51,363 nt of DNA, filler included, from Sphacelaria rigidula (GCA_964200075.2; 4 parts of 4 records of this genome joined end to end with filler, not necessarily neighbours in it); one strand, 5' to 3'. Counted from the whole stretch's first letter, positions 37,951 through 51,008 are shown. Notes: generated from the sequence alone by a model not told the origin. Made by a program: numbers and translations.

Positions 37951-38498
37951 TCGTGTTTTAGGGGGGCGTATAATGTAGGAGGTACCATTTTCTTGACAAG
38001 TGTGGTATTTTTCATTGCCAATTGTTTCAGCTTCGCGGTAATCGTATTATGAGAGTTGCTTGATTTTGATGGGAAGGGAACTAAGATTTCACCTGCGTGA
38101 TGATGACATGACCAGGACTACTGTAAGCATAAACAAGGGGGGGTATTAGAATATTGTTGACCTGGGTCCTCATGGATGTGAACTAGGATTGATTCGGGTA
38201 CATTCCAGTGCAGGTTGACTGTGTACTAGATTCACGGGGTGCAGAGATAATGAACCAATCATGGAGTCAATATCGTGCTATGACTAGATGTGCCGTATAG
38301 AAGGCGATGCACTTAGCATGCTTTCATTGCCTCACCTCGTATTTTACGCATTCTGCATACAACAGTGTTTTCGTGAGATTGAGAGTAGATAATACGATTG
38401 AGAGTGGTTTTGATCATTCGCTTTAAGTGAGTCATTTTTTTATTACACGTGGGCTTTTCTTTACCTCCATCATTTGCGTGTGCTTACAGCTACACGTC

Positions 38499-38598
38499 NN
38501 NNNNNNNNNNNNNNNNNNNNNNNNNNNNNNNNNNNNNNNNNNTTAATTAATTAANNNNNNNNNNNNNNNNNNNNNNNNNNNNNNNNNNNNNNNNNNNN
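38499..38598. other. Artificial contig linker
   Basis: N44-TTAATTAATTAA-N44. Confidence 0.97.
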
Positions 38599-38643
38599 GA
38601 GGTCAATGGTCTGATGACTATGGCAAGCATGATCATGAGTACA
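38599..38643 (+). mobile_element. LINE 3'-end fragment, related subfamily, followed by a C run
   Basis: GAGGTCAATGG..GACTA..GCA..ATCATGAGTA-C(n); matches 43940-43990. Confidence 0.55.
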
Positions 38644-39429
38644 CCCCCCCTTCCCCTTCGGTAGGATTGCAAGACGAGTCCGTCGTCTCGAGTAGTCAAC
38701 CCGCCTTTCCTCGGTACCTGCTCTCTGACAACGCATCATTGAATGCTGGGTCAGCACTGCTACATCCCATCAACTTTCGTCGATTTTACCCTACCATCCC
38801 AGCCACCGCGCCCAGGTGGCCCCGTGGTACAAATAGACAGCGACCCCCCCGCGGGTGGATTGAGTTAGACTGTTCCACATTTGGGGGTTCAGAACAGCTC
38901 ATTTTTCGCTGCACAAAACGCCTTTTTCATCAACATGTGGATATTTGGCATCTAAATAGAAAATAGTCCGAGAGAACTCCTGACCGGTTTTGACAATGCA
39001 GTCAATTGCATGCAGAATCAGTGTGTGTGCTGTTTGTCTTCGCTGGATACAACGGCAAGAAACGGTATGAGTGCGCCATCGCTCTTGAGTGGATAGAATA
39101 TACTGCATGTTGCTGATGCCTCCGGTTAGTGTTCAACAACACTACAGACAGTGTGGAGCTATGCTGGCGACACATGAGGCATCATACAGGCTGCACAGAC
39201 CTCGAGCAAAGTACAAGATAACTTATTTGTACCCCCGTAATTTATTGTGGAGATCCCACGACCAAAATGAAATATGCTAGTAGATAGCGAAGTAGTCCAC
39301 CTGTAGGGGAACTACGTGTTCACTTTGACGACCGTAACTGATCATAATGGGCATCCCGCGCCTCTCGGGCCTCGTTCCTGGATTGGAATCTTCTGCCGGA
39401 AACTTCCACAGACACATGGTTGACTTGGT

Positions 39430-40165
39430 AAGCTTTTCTCTGGCCACCATCTATCTCCTAGTATAGCCATTGTTTTCTCCCTACTGTCTAATGCATCGAA
39501 CAATTTCATGCTACCTCCGTTCACGTCCTGCATTTCCCCCTCTAGCACGTCCCGTTCCTCCTTGAATAGCTCACATTCTGCCACTGTATGACTTCTGCTT
39601 TTTATTCTCTTGCCACAGAGGCAGTTCTGTCCATCTACTTCCTCCTCCTTTCGACCACTGGTATATCTCTTTCTTCCTTCTGGCAGGTCCAGGTCCCCCA
39701 CCCAATATCGCAGTTTCATATTTTTCGCAGCGTCCATCGGGCCATGCAAATATGCCTTCATTCCGATCCCTTCCGTCAACCACCCGTATATCTCCGGGTG
39801 TTCTTCCTCGTCTACCTTGCGTCTGAGCGCTCCTTTTTTCCTTGTTTCGATCATGTCTCTTTCTTTTACCTTTTACCCCGCGTCTTCATCTATGGATAGA
39901 ATCTCGTCTTCGTTTCCGCCCATCTCAATCCACACTTTCTCGATTTCTTCATCCCACCTTACGGCACGCCCTTTCGTACTTTTCCTCCATACAGCCCTAT
40001 CAACTATAGCTGGCAATCTCTTTCTTTGCATGTTCTTTACGCTATATTGCCATCTCAATTTCCTCATGCCTCTGTTTGTTTTTAGGGAGTACATGCCCAA
40101 CTCTGCTCTTAAAACTATATTGCTCGTCATTTTCGAGCATCCAAGTATTTTCTTAGCTGCTGATA
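39430..40165 (-). mobile_element. LINE ORF2 C-terminal fragment (post-RT region plus Cys/His knuckle), frameshifted, truncated at both ends
   Basis: AAKKILGCSKMTSNIVLRAELGMYSL..KLRWQY and [32 protein letters not shown]; its 5' junction abuts the G run at ~40166-40179. Confidence 0.8.
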
Positions 40166-40414
40166 GGGGGGGGGGGGGGTATTTTAGGCAGTTTTCTTCA
40201 ACGAAATTCTACTCCAATCGTCGTTGAAAGCAGCAATGTGGTTGTTCGAACGCGCTTTCTCCCGATATAAAACGTTCATTCACACTACCTGACACCGCTT
40301 TTACCCAAATACAAGCGCACCGCGAGTATTTCAGGTCGCGTTTGACGCACTTATCAGCCCATTTTTTCGTGAAATCAACCCCCTCCCCCGTCCCTCCCCC
40401 CTATCGCAGCATGA
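40162..40414. mobile_element. MITE family with CATGCTACGATAG-G(n) TIRs; other copies at 44072-44324 (inverted) and ~51029-51275
   Basis: Three copies share GTTGAAAGCAGC..TTGTTCGAACGCG..ACAAGCGCACCGCGA; the 44072 copy has both TIRs. Confidence 0.75.
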
Positions 40415-41052
40415 CTCTCTCGTCGTTTGAAGCGCGAAGAACATGGGTAACAGAAAGGACTCCATCTACGGGAGTCGACGCGCTGCGAGATTGTTGACCC
40501 CATCCGCGATACCAGAGTGCAAGGCGTGCACCGGGGGAGAATTGGGTTGATCCCTTGATACCACGGACTACTGGTCCCGAGGAAGGGAATGGAAGGGGTT
40601 AAAAGTGGGACGGAAACACGAAAAAAAACACTATTCGAAACATCTGTTTTCTTCAAGAAAGGACTTTTCTCCAATAAATATGTCCTTGCCCTAAATGCAC
40701 ACGCTTCTAATTTGTGAAAGTAATCAACCGTCAAGAGATGGGTTAATTCCTTAAGACCACGGACTCATCCCGAGGAAGGGGAGGGGTACAAAGTGCGACG
40801 AGTGATGAGAATGAACTTTTTTTAAAGTCAACAGTCATTCAGTTTTCCGCATATAATTTGTTTTTTAGTAAACCGAGCGCACATACACACACGTGCGTCG
40901 AGCTTGTCGTGGAAAATAACACCACCGGCGCGAACGAGATCGCATGAACGCAAAAACAAAGCAAAATACCGCTTCTTCATAATAATAATAATATGTGCAC
41001 GCGATTATATGCGTACAACACACGCATTCACACTCTGTATCACACGCTGTAC

Positions 41053-44000
41053 CTGGCAACAGCCCCTTGGCGTGACAGTACACCACGGGCACCGCGAACC
41101 GTACAATCCGGGGCTTGAAGACGGCCGTCCCGGGTGCCAACACCTCCGGTTCCGGACTATACTTTTGACGGTAGATCAGCATCATCGCCGTGGTATGCAA
41201 CGCATTGGCCGCTGTGTGAGAAATACCTCGTAGTCCAGACGCTGCTAGTGCAAGGGGCTGCACGAGTATGGTAGACGCTGTTGTTGGACTTAGAAAAGCA
41301 GTGGCGGCGGCGGCCTTTGTTGAAGATCGTGCGGCGGGAAGGCGCATGCGGGTGAGGACCCGGAGCGGGCGCTCTTCTCCCCACCCCCCGAATATCTTGT
41401 TCGTTTTTTTGTCGTTGATTGGGCGGACGGTGTGTTTTGCGTAGACACCCTCGTGCGACTCAAAGTTGATCTGTCGTGCGCCGAGGGGAAATATCGAGAC
41501 GGAGGTGGAAGATGGGAACGAACGGGGTACGAAAGAGCAATGTAATAACTATATGGCAGGCAGCATGTTGTTGCGATGTGGTGAACGACGTGGAATATAT
41601 AAGAAGAGCGTATTGAAGGTTGCACATTGTCTAGTATGTGCGAGTGTGTGTATGTGAAGTCGTGCTTCGGAAAGGGTGCACTTTGCTGGCCAAAACATGT
41701 CCGCGCTATTTTCACGTTCGAGCAATGCTACGACGGTAGGGGTGCGCTTTTTGCGCAAAATCTTGTCTGCTTCAGGAGCCCTTAACGATTCTAGATGCAC
41801 AAGAATATGGGTCAGGTCATCCCAGTTTAAAAATCCATGCAAGATACCCCTGGTACATTGAAACAGTAATCCTGGCGTACTCTCACATACTTCATAAGTC
41901 GTGTTTTTATGAATAAAGGGCTCTTAACAGTTCTAACCTCGGAAAATATTTGTGCACCCCTATCGTAGCATTACTCCCAACACTCAGACGCAATTTCGTC
42001 CTACTACAGTAACTGCTCTAGGGCGAGTGCGCGAGAGCCTACATCTAACTCCAGTACGCAGGCCCAGGAAAGAAATGTGCACCCCTATACCGTTGCATGA
42101 CGCTGTGATGCATGGAGATCAACCTGGCGGCGACGCAAAGCAGAAGTTGGCAGAAGACAGGCAAACCGGCGGTGCCTAATTGGAGAGGGAGCGTACGGGG
42201 TGGGGCTTGGTGTGTCTATCCAATTCAAAATACCAACAGCACGTGGTCAATGCCCGACACTACTATCGGAATTCTAAGTGAGGTTGCCTGATGAAAATAC
42301 ACAGACAACAGTTTTACAGCGAGCGAAGGCCACCAAGATTACCGTGCTCCACAATTGATTGTTTTCTCGCCGCTTTACGCGGTGGTTACGGTTGTGCGCA
42401 GCCTCGAGCACTTGTGTGCGAAGCAACACTGACCACACACACTACTGGTTCGTATAGGCCGTCCCACCGACCCCCCTCCAACCCGTGCTAAGAACTGCCA
42501 TGTTTTGATGAGCGCACGCGTCATTCATTTTTCGTCGTTTCTCGTGGTGTGAGAGAGCAATGAAGTCAACTAAAAGCCCGCGTCGGGAAGTGCAAGGTGA
42601 AGGACAGCAAGAGAAAGAGAGCGAGAGAAAGAGAGAGGGAGAGCAAGAGAGCGAGAGAGAGATGGAGACGGAGAGAGAGACGGAGAGCGGGCGAGACATA
42701 GGCAGAGATATAGACATAGACATAGACATAGACATAGACATAGACATAGACATAGACATAGACATAGACATAGACATAGACATAGACAGAGATAGAGACA
42801 GAGACAGAGACAGATACAGAGACAAAGACAGAGATAGGGAGAGGTAGAAAACAGAGAGACAGAGAGGCGTGTGGCCTAGTGTGGCACCACGGGAGTGATC
42901 AGGCCGGATAATTTGAAATAAAGCAAAGGCGTCTTCTTCTTCGATTGGGAGCCTGTGCCAGCAGCGTCCGATGCTTCACCTTCAACCATTCTCCTTCCTC
43001 TTGCAGGGCGAGGACCAGCATGTCGTACGTGATAGTCCCAAGAGGTCTTGAGATATCGGTCTGGACAAGCGCATCATCACGCCGCAAAAGCAAGTGTTCA
43101 AACGGTGAGGAAAAATGGAATGGAGTACTCACAACACCACCAGCGAGTACACAGAGGGCAAGACAGAGGGCAACGAAAAAACGACGGAACAAGGAATGAC
43201 TGGTGCGGGTTTCGCGGAGTGGGCAGGCACTACTTATTGTTTCACATTTTGGCATGCCAGGTTTTGGCGATACGGGTCATGCAGGGGCGCGGAGCATACT
43301 AGTGACCTTATTTTCTAACGATCACCGCGGGTGGTGGGCTCCGGACACGCCGGTGCCCGGCACTACAGGTACTTCGCCACACGACAGTTTTCAAACAGTC
43401 CCCATGCGTACACGAAGTAAGGACGAGGTGTTGCAAGTAAGTCAATGATCAACAGTGTGGCATACCCGATCCGAAAGAAAATACTTGTAGGTTAGCGTGC
43501 AATCCTGAGTCCATCAGATACTAAGCAAACGTCGTTAACGTCGACACGGCATGTCGCCGTTTCTTGCTGTGTCCACGCACCGCCGCCTGGAAAACCTGTA
43601 TCTCGGTTTCCTCCGGCATCGACCTCGCGACCTCGAAGAAGTCCGGGAAGCTGTCACCGTCCATCACTCGACGAGCTACGGCGACCAGATCCGCGTTTTC
43701 TTCGAATTTTTCCTGCAGTAAGTATAGAGATCGTCATCCACCAGAGGGTATCACAACAACGAGACGATTCTCGAGGTTACGATAGTAACACTGCTAGTTA
43801 CGCGGGAGCCATTTGAAGTCAATTTCAGACCTCCGTGAATGTCTCGTCATTTGACATCCTGTCCCCCCCTCAATTCGTCAATCCTGGTCCGGCGAAAACC
43901 CGGCGTGCTCCATGCTCCGTCCCGGCTTTGTAGGGATGCGAGGTCAATGGTCACACGACTACGACATGCAAGATCATGAGTAACCCCCTCCCCGCCCTCC

Positions 44001-47000
44001 CCCTATCCCCCCTCAATTTATTTCTCTCGTCCTACTTTCACCCTCCCTGATATATTTCGGGACGAGTCGATTCATGCTATGATAGGGGAGCGGGGGAGAG
44101 AGGGAGGGGGGTTTGAATCCACAAAAAGAGTTTGTCGAATGACCTAAGACATTCGCGGTGCGCTTGTATTGGGGTAAGAGCGGTGCCAAGAAGGATAGAT
44201 GAGCGTTTTTCATTAGAAAAAGGCGCGTTCGAACAATCTTTGCTGCTTTCAACGATGACTTCAAGGTGAATTTCGTGGAAGAATCGGCCCAAAATACCCC
44301 CCTCCCGCCCCCGTCGTAGCATGACTCAGTTCGTAGGCTCGGGGCACCTCCTCTCTCTCTGTACGGATCCATAGTCGCGCGTGGTTAACCCATCCCTCTC
44401 TCGGTGCCGGCTTTGCGATACTGGATTCTCGAGCACTGGATCAGCTCTCCCGCAGCTCTTCGACTTACGCCGAATCTACTTCTGGTATCAAACAACATAT
44501 TCGTGCGAACCACATCACTCCTTTTCTCAGATCTTGGACCATCGTCTTGGTTCTCTATTTGGCCTCAATGAGGGAGTGCACAGCTGATGCACCCCGACTA
44601 CGAGGTGGAAGCCCCTACTCGTAGCAACACTCTACCGGATGGAAGTTACAGCAGTCTCTAAAATCTGCCTTTGAACAAAATCGGTGGCTTTTTCTTCACG
44701 TGCCCGACATGGATGTGTGACGAAACTCTATTACTTGGCCGCACGTACACATTTATGCACGACGTCTTGTTCCCACAAATAAAAGCTTCAACCTTCAGTC
44801 AGGGTGCGTTGCCTAAATAAAGAATCCATCGTTCAGCTCAAAACCGCAGCAAACAAGCATGAATGGCCCAGAACGTGAAAAAAAAAGAAACTACGATCTG
44901 TGTTACACGAAAACGCTGTTTATCTTTGTCCACAATTATCTTGACGGACCCAAGTAAACCATGCCATTACTGTCGGGATTCGAACCCAACTACTTTTACT
45001 CCACCCAAACTCGCCGGTGGTATATAATAGCAGTTTGACCGCCGGGAAGCGGCGGCACGGTAAAACTGAAACTTCGTGTGATAAGACTGTTTCTGCGGTG
45101 GAGATCCTCTATCGTTTCACGCTCAAACGAGCTAGAACAAGAAGAGGCAGTATCGATGCGACAAATTTGCTTCGATCGGGGGAAATTGTTGTACACTATG
45201 CACCTTCCCATTTCGAAGTAGCCCGGGAAGCTGTCACCACCCCTTACTCATCGAGCTGCTATCGTACAGCTTCGGGGTTTTCGCTGTCGCATTTGCTTTG
45301 CTCATGGTCGACCAGATTCTAGCGGTGTGCCCAGCCATCGTAAGCCGAACACACCAGCACGTCCAGCGATAGCGATGCGCATCATGACGACAAGGAGATG
45401 ACGCCCACGACAACTGAGTGCGCGGTTGGTGACAAACACTGACGGTTGCCACCTAACGCTGGAATCCAGGTGGATCTGGAGATTATTTTCGTGTTTTCTT
45501 CTTCGGCGCTTTTTGTGAGCAACATAATGCTTATTCTTCAATCGCCATCGACCACCATATTCGTCGGTCTTTTTTGAAAGAGCGTACACGGGGTGGGTGC
45601 GTCTATGCCGCCACTACGAATAGCTCCATGATGCACATCTCTCGAAATAAATACGGGCGGCGGGGTTAGACTGCCTTCTCCTTTCACCCCAGCAAGCCCT
45701 CCCGCCCCCCCTCCCCTTCCTTCCCCTCCCCTTGCCCAGCACAACCATCGTACCTGAAGAGATGCGTGATTCGCATGCCATTTCGTGTCGCTCAAATGAT
45801 AGTCTAAGGTGTCAGCACTGGAGCATCCAAACTCGTGGCATTCAGGACACAAGAATCGGGGCATGTTCGAATCGCGAAATATATCCGCCGCTTGTAAACG
45901 GGCATCTCGCTCTCCCACCGCCAGAATCACCCGCCGGGCCCACGCGCGCCTCGGCTGCGAGATTTGGATGCACAAGAAAAAGGGCTAGATAATCATATTC
46001 CGCGTGCCGTCGGAAATCGATCAATGCCCACGAGTGTTCAAGGGAGGGAAGCATTCTGGTTGGGGAGGCGCGGTCGATATGTTCATGGCTTTGCTGCCTT
46101 GCCGGCAGGTCAGTCATTGCCCAGGCCTGCTGGAGGGGGGGGGGGGGCGTACTCATTTGTTGCTTGCCTTAGTCGTTTGACCAGGGGACGGGGGATTATT
46201 TCCGACAAAACAATCGCCGATGGCCGATCGCTCTTCCCTGCGTTCCCTAAGGATGACCTCGAGAGGTGCATCCCACTATATCTACAGCAACCCTTGCCGT
46301 CTAAGGAGTTTTACGAGTATTGACAGGTATGCGTTTTTCTTCCCGACATTCCGAGCTCGTCGGGAAAAAACGTTGGCAGTCTCAACCAGGTCAAGCAATA
46401 GATCGATTGAAGAGTGTCTGTGTCTAACGTATTTCTCTGGAATAGTAGCGTTGGACTTTTCCCCGGCATATTTTTCTGGAGAAACGACGGGGGAAAAAAT
46501 CCAAAATTGTCGGAAAAATCCAAAACATTTCAAAGTGTCTGGGATAAAAGTCCCGCTAGGAATACGTTTGAAAAGCCCATGCTGTGTCCGCACTACCTCT
46601 ACGGCTTTCACTCGTTGAAATAGCATTCTATCATCATACGGAACGGCTTGATTGCTCGCGATGTAGCCCATGCGCTCGTGAAGACCGTCAAGCCTGTGCC
46701 GGTTGCCGTGACGTGCAGGGAAAAGTGGAAAACGCGTACTCATCCATTTATGTCATGTTCCAGCAGTCGCATCATCGGTGCACGTTCTCGGAACGCGGCA
46801 GGGGTCCTGAGGATGGTAGCAATCGCGCTGTGGCATATGACTTTTTGTCTGATTATTTTTCACCAGAGGGAGTTTTGGTGGTATGTCGTATTGGCCAGAA
46901 CTGTCAAGATGGGATGAATTAAAAAAAATGGTTTTCGATTAGTCAAGAAACCCATGACTAGCCCCAGGTTCAAGCACATTGCATTGTCCCCGTTGTCGTT

Positions 47001-50000
47001 CCATTCACATGAATACAGTGGGAAACAAGCAAGCAGGCAAGCCCCCCCCCCAAACGTTGACCGCGGGAGGAAAATACGATGGATGAATTGTCACCTTCTT
47101 TAATCTCAAACATTGGTCCACCCACTATCAGCGGGGCGTACAAAAAGGGTAAAACATCGGGTTTGATCGGTGCTGATCACCTCTCCGGCTCTCTCGCGCC
47201 GCCGCAGCTCCGCCTTGAGTCGTCGTGATTGTTTTCGAGTCGCCTTCCGATTCCCCGTCGGCTTTGGACCGTGTGCATGAGTATACCATCGCCACAGGGC
47301 CATCATAGACACCGGCTTTTCAATCCATGGAGGGAGATGAAAATAAAACATACGAATGCGCAGATGACGAGCGGGTACAGCGGGCGTACATAATGTGTAA
47401 ACGGCACAACGGAGCGCCAAAACATGAGCTAACCCTCTCGGGGGTCCGACTGGGATATGTACTGACTGCTTCAACCCTTTTACGAAGCAACGTCTCCCCA
47501 AGACATTTTTGTGCGCCCGTTGAGCAGTGGCTTCAGCACACAAAAAAATAAACAAGCGATTTTGCCCAAGGAGCGCTACTGTAGTGACTCCCGTAATCCC
47601 TGGGGCATTGGAGCCTCCAGGGTTGCACCTCTTCACGGGTCGGACGAATGAATTATTCGTCTGGAAATTACTTGATTTTAGTGTGTCTGATTCGTACCGT
47701 ACGAATCAATCTTTGGGCTGTGTTTTCAGCGTTGCAACCCAGGTACGCGCAGCCCAGGCACGTGAAATGGCGGGAACAAAAGTTGCGTGGACACGATCTT
47801 TTTGACCACCTGTTTTTTTCCCCTCTTTGTTGAGCAATCAGGCCCGGAAAATCGTGGATTTGGTGATTTGAACCAGGGATGATTCGTCCGACCCGCGCAC
47901 CTCTTTAAACACACAGTTGCCCGGATGTGAGTATTCAGAGCCCTCTGAAACAGAGGTATTTCCCACCGCGTATTCTTCCAAACAATTTCAACGGTACTCA
48001 CCACAATACGCTAAGGACCAATCTCTCGGCAGGCTTCATATTCGCTAGAGACACCCGGTCCTGAAAAGGTACAACAAGATGAGCAAGATATTTCTCATGC
48101 TTTCACAACGTACCCGCTCGGAACTTTCGAAAACGTAACGCTCCCCGAGATCACAGACGAACATATACCGTAGCAGGGAACTCAGCGAAACGTGAGGCTC
48201 CATTCACCCGTCTTTCTCTTCCCCCAGTTGTGAACGGTCTCGGGGGGTCCGGAGCTCGCTGCAGACCTGCCCTTCGCGCAGCCTTCTCTCCAGCTTTCTT
48301 CCCGTCTACCTTCGCCGCTTTGGTTTCCTTCGACGGGTGATATCGGCAAGTCGTTACGTCACATGCACGGTCACTTGTTGTCGCACACAGCGCGAACGTT
48401 GCTGTATCGTATTAGACCCATTGTTATCGACATGTTTTGTTTTTTTGTTGGAAAAATCTCAGAAATATTTGGACTTTTCGGACTCTGCGTTCCGACTTCC
48501 CCGACGAAACAAGGCGGCTTGATTTTTCATCCGAAGCTTCATTTTCGAAGATGTCCGAAAAATTTAGACTGTGACACAGTACTTCGGAGAGCTACCCTGT
48601 GTGTGCCCCCGCGGCGCTGGCGATTATTCGAGAGTCATCAGGTACCTTACCGGTCTCCGAAAATTTCGGAGATCTTCGAGAAAACAGTGCCGACAATGAC
48701 AATGGGCCTTAGTTATGTGTTTGTGTCGACGATTTGCATTTCCCTAGTACTTTTAAACGGTTGTTCCATATCTTTTTAGTCTGGAAATTCACCAGGAGAC
48801 AGGCACGCAGGACGCTACATACTCAAACCTCGACGCATACACGGAACACGCTCACTGCGTTCACCAATCGTACAACTGCAGTCCCTATGCGATATCATGT
48901 TTGACAACTTATGGATGATGACAACACCACGAAAATGGTCCAGAATCGCAGAGAGGAAGCTCGTGAGGAGAGGAGAGGGGACATGTGACCTGCCGTATGG
49001 TACGTACCACCTTGCCTCAAGGTTGAAGATATGCACAGACGATAAAGCTCACCCGTAAAGCACACAAATCTACCGTTGGAGAAAACGGTAGAGCGTGCGC
49101 TACATCGCGGCGTACGCGAGCAACCGGTGAATTGACGGGAGCCGGAAATATAACCATGCTGCCAACACCTCGTCGCGCGCAAAGAACAATAAAGATTCGC
49201 TAAAACGACGCATACGCAATGCCTCACTAACTCCTGAAACCCGATGTTTTGTCTTCACCTTAGCCAGCGCCAGTCTGATCGTATCCACTTCCTCCGGTCG
49301 AAGGAACTCTGCCAGTTGCAGCTTCAGCATGAAATCTCCCATCTGAGTCATGTGTTCCCGCGGAATCGCGGAGAGAGCCGGCTGAGAAAACACGTTCGCA
49401 CACCTATCATGTATCTGTATTTTAGAGGATACTAACACCCAGAGTTCGGAAATTCTTCCGAGAAAATTACCCAGAACCGCAAGGCGCGGCCGAAATTTTG
49501 ACTGATTGTGTGCGGCGGTGTAGCTTCCGACGCGTCGTATCATGCGCGGTATTCCGCCGTGATCTTTAGAACGGAGATGCTTGAGTCGCCACGCGAAGGT
49601 AGAGTTCGATGGCGGAGGCATTGGCAGAAGCTCGGTGCAACCAGACACCTACCTCGAAGCGAGAACTTGACACCGTATCGTATGTCCATCAGGTCTTGAG
49701 GTAGATCGTGTCCACTCCCTAGGAGTGGATGCCTGTGACTAACCCTTGAGCACTCTCATATCTATCAACAAGTGTACGGAAGGATATATATATATATATA
49801 TACATATGAAGTATATGTTTAATTAATATATCGCTTCACGTACACATCGAGAGAACTAAACAAAAGTTGCTTTTGGAAACACCTTTGCACCCCGGTGCAT
49901 TTTCAAGCATACTTCACGGCGTACTTGGAAGCACAACGCCAACGGCCGATTCGTTCTCATCACCGAGGACGAGGGTATTGCCCGTACCTCTGAGGCGCAC

Positions 50001-50499
50001 ATCTCCCCGATTCCTTCCGGATCGAATTCCAAAAACGCCTCCATAAAACGCGGACGGTGGGTAGCTTCCCATGCCTTGACCAATTTATACGGGGGCGGTT
50101 GCGTCCCGAGGAGGCGAGACAGAAACGGCGTGTCAGGTATCGGCAGGCAGTTGGGAAGTATAGGTTTGTAGCGCGCTTCAGAGGGTGAACGACGGGCTGC
50201 CGTAGTGTCGTGAGGCATGAACTTCCTCACATTTATTCTACCGCAGTTTTTGGTTCCGCCGTGACCAGCGACAGGGTCGTGTTGAGAAACGTTGGGAACA
50301 GCGGAAGAGCGGGAACATATAGCGTCCTGAGAAAAACAGAGTTGGATTACTTGATAAAAAAAGTTTTGGATAACGACACAACGGTAAAAGGTGGGGGGGG
50401 CGTTTACAAGCAAAAGGGAACGGCGAAGTGTTGTGCAAGCCGTGCCTCTTAGAGGGGGGCTTACTCGGTCGGTATCTTCTGCTCTAATGTTTTTCGGCT
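41053..50499 (-). CDS. Unannotated multi-exon gene, partial (EF-hand-like, C2H2 zinc finger, SH3b-like). Better-supported exons: 50074-49988, 49414-49259, 48327-48169, 47315-47181, 45954-45754, 43712-43581, 43060-42980. Tentative: 50499-50465, 42123-42091, from ~41850, ~41163-41053
   Basis: Seven AG/GT-bounded exons (87, 156, 159, 135, 201, 132, 81 nt) splice in phase 0 without stops. Motifs: FMEAFLEFDPEGIGEMCASE; FLCPECHEFGCSSADTLDYHLSDTKWH; IQVFQAATDISRPLGTITYDMLVLALQEEGEWLK. Confidence 0.65.
42605..42866. repeat. Compound AG-rich microsatellite with (ATAGAC)n core
   Basis: Direct reading. Confidence 0.95.
43870..43983 (+). mobile_element. LINE 3'-end fragment between C runs
   Basis: AGGGATGCGAGGTCAATGGTCACACGACTACGACATGCAAGATCATGAGTA resembles the family 3' end. 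Confidence 0.6.
46148..46183 (-). mobile_element. 36-bp extreme 3' end of the LINE inside a G tract
   Basis: G13-CGTACTCATTTGTTGCTTGCCTTAGTCGTTTGACCA-GGGGACGGGGG. Confidence 0.75.
47637..47893. mobile_element. MITE with GGGTCGGACGAAT TIRs
   Basis: Perfect 13-bp TIR; homologous to 11742-12006. Confidence 0.75.
48415..48708. mobile_element. PIF/Harbinger (Tourist-like) MITE
   Basis: TTA on both sides; ends GACCCATTGT / ACAATGGGCC. Confidence 0.6.
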
Positions 50500-50955
50500 C
50501 TGCACACGGACAGCAGCGATGAAAACGACTACTTTTTTCTCTTCAAGCGTACCAAGGGTGTGATGTAAGCGACGGTGATCATGTGAAGTTTTCTCCTGTT
50601 CAGGCAGGCACCCAATGTGGACTGCAGCGAGCGCGGTACTTTGACTGCCAATGCATGGGGAACCTCTAACAACGAAAAATCCATCTCGCCTTTTGTTGTT
50701 CTCTTGGTGCAGACTCCATCCCATCCTACCCTAGTGAACGTAAAATTTTAACGGCCGATACACACGGGAAGACAGTAGCGACAACTCTAATCTTCTCACT
50801 TTTATCATTCCACAAGCGACGCTAAACTAAACACTGTTTTTTTCACACAGATTCACCGCAACCCCCCCCCAATGTTACCAGACCTGCAAAAATAATCGGC
50901 AGGTTTAAACCCGCCAAGACAATTTGGGTTCCCATCACACGAAAAACTAAATGAG

Positions 50956-51008
50956 TGATGATGATGATGATGATGATGATGATGCTCATGATGATGATGC
51001 TCATGATG
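50956..51008. repeat. (GAT)n microsatellite
   Basis: Direct reading. Confidence 0.9.

Noticed and set aside
40865-41347. Separate gene starting MRLPAARSS (targeting-peptide-like)
   Set aside because: No independent support; the 3' part is better explained as a tentative internal exon of the upstream gene.
42442-42847. SMSMSM / DIDIDI ORFs
   Set aside because: Translations of a microsatellite.
42980-43060. PPR or EF-hand motif in GTITYDMLVLALQEEGEW
   Set aside because: With the previous exon spliced on, the peptide fits an SH3b-like pattern better; no tandem PPR units are seen.
49653-49761. Extra exon of the minus-strand gene
   Set aside because: 109 nt with an early stop in the required frame; the flanking exons splice in frame without it.
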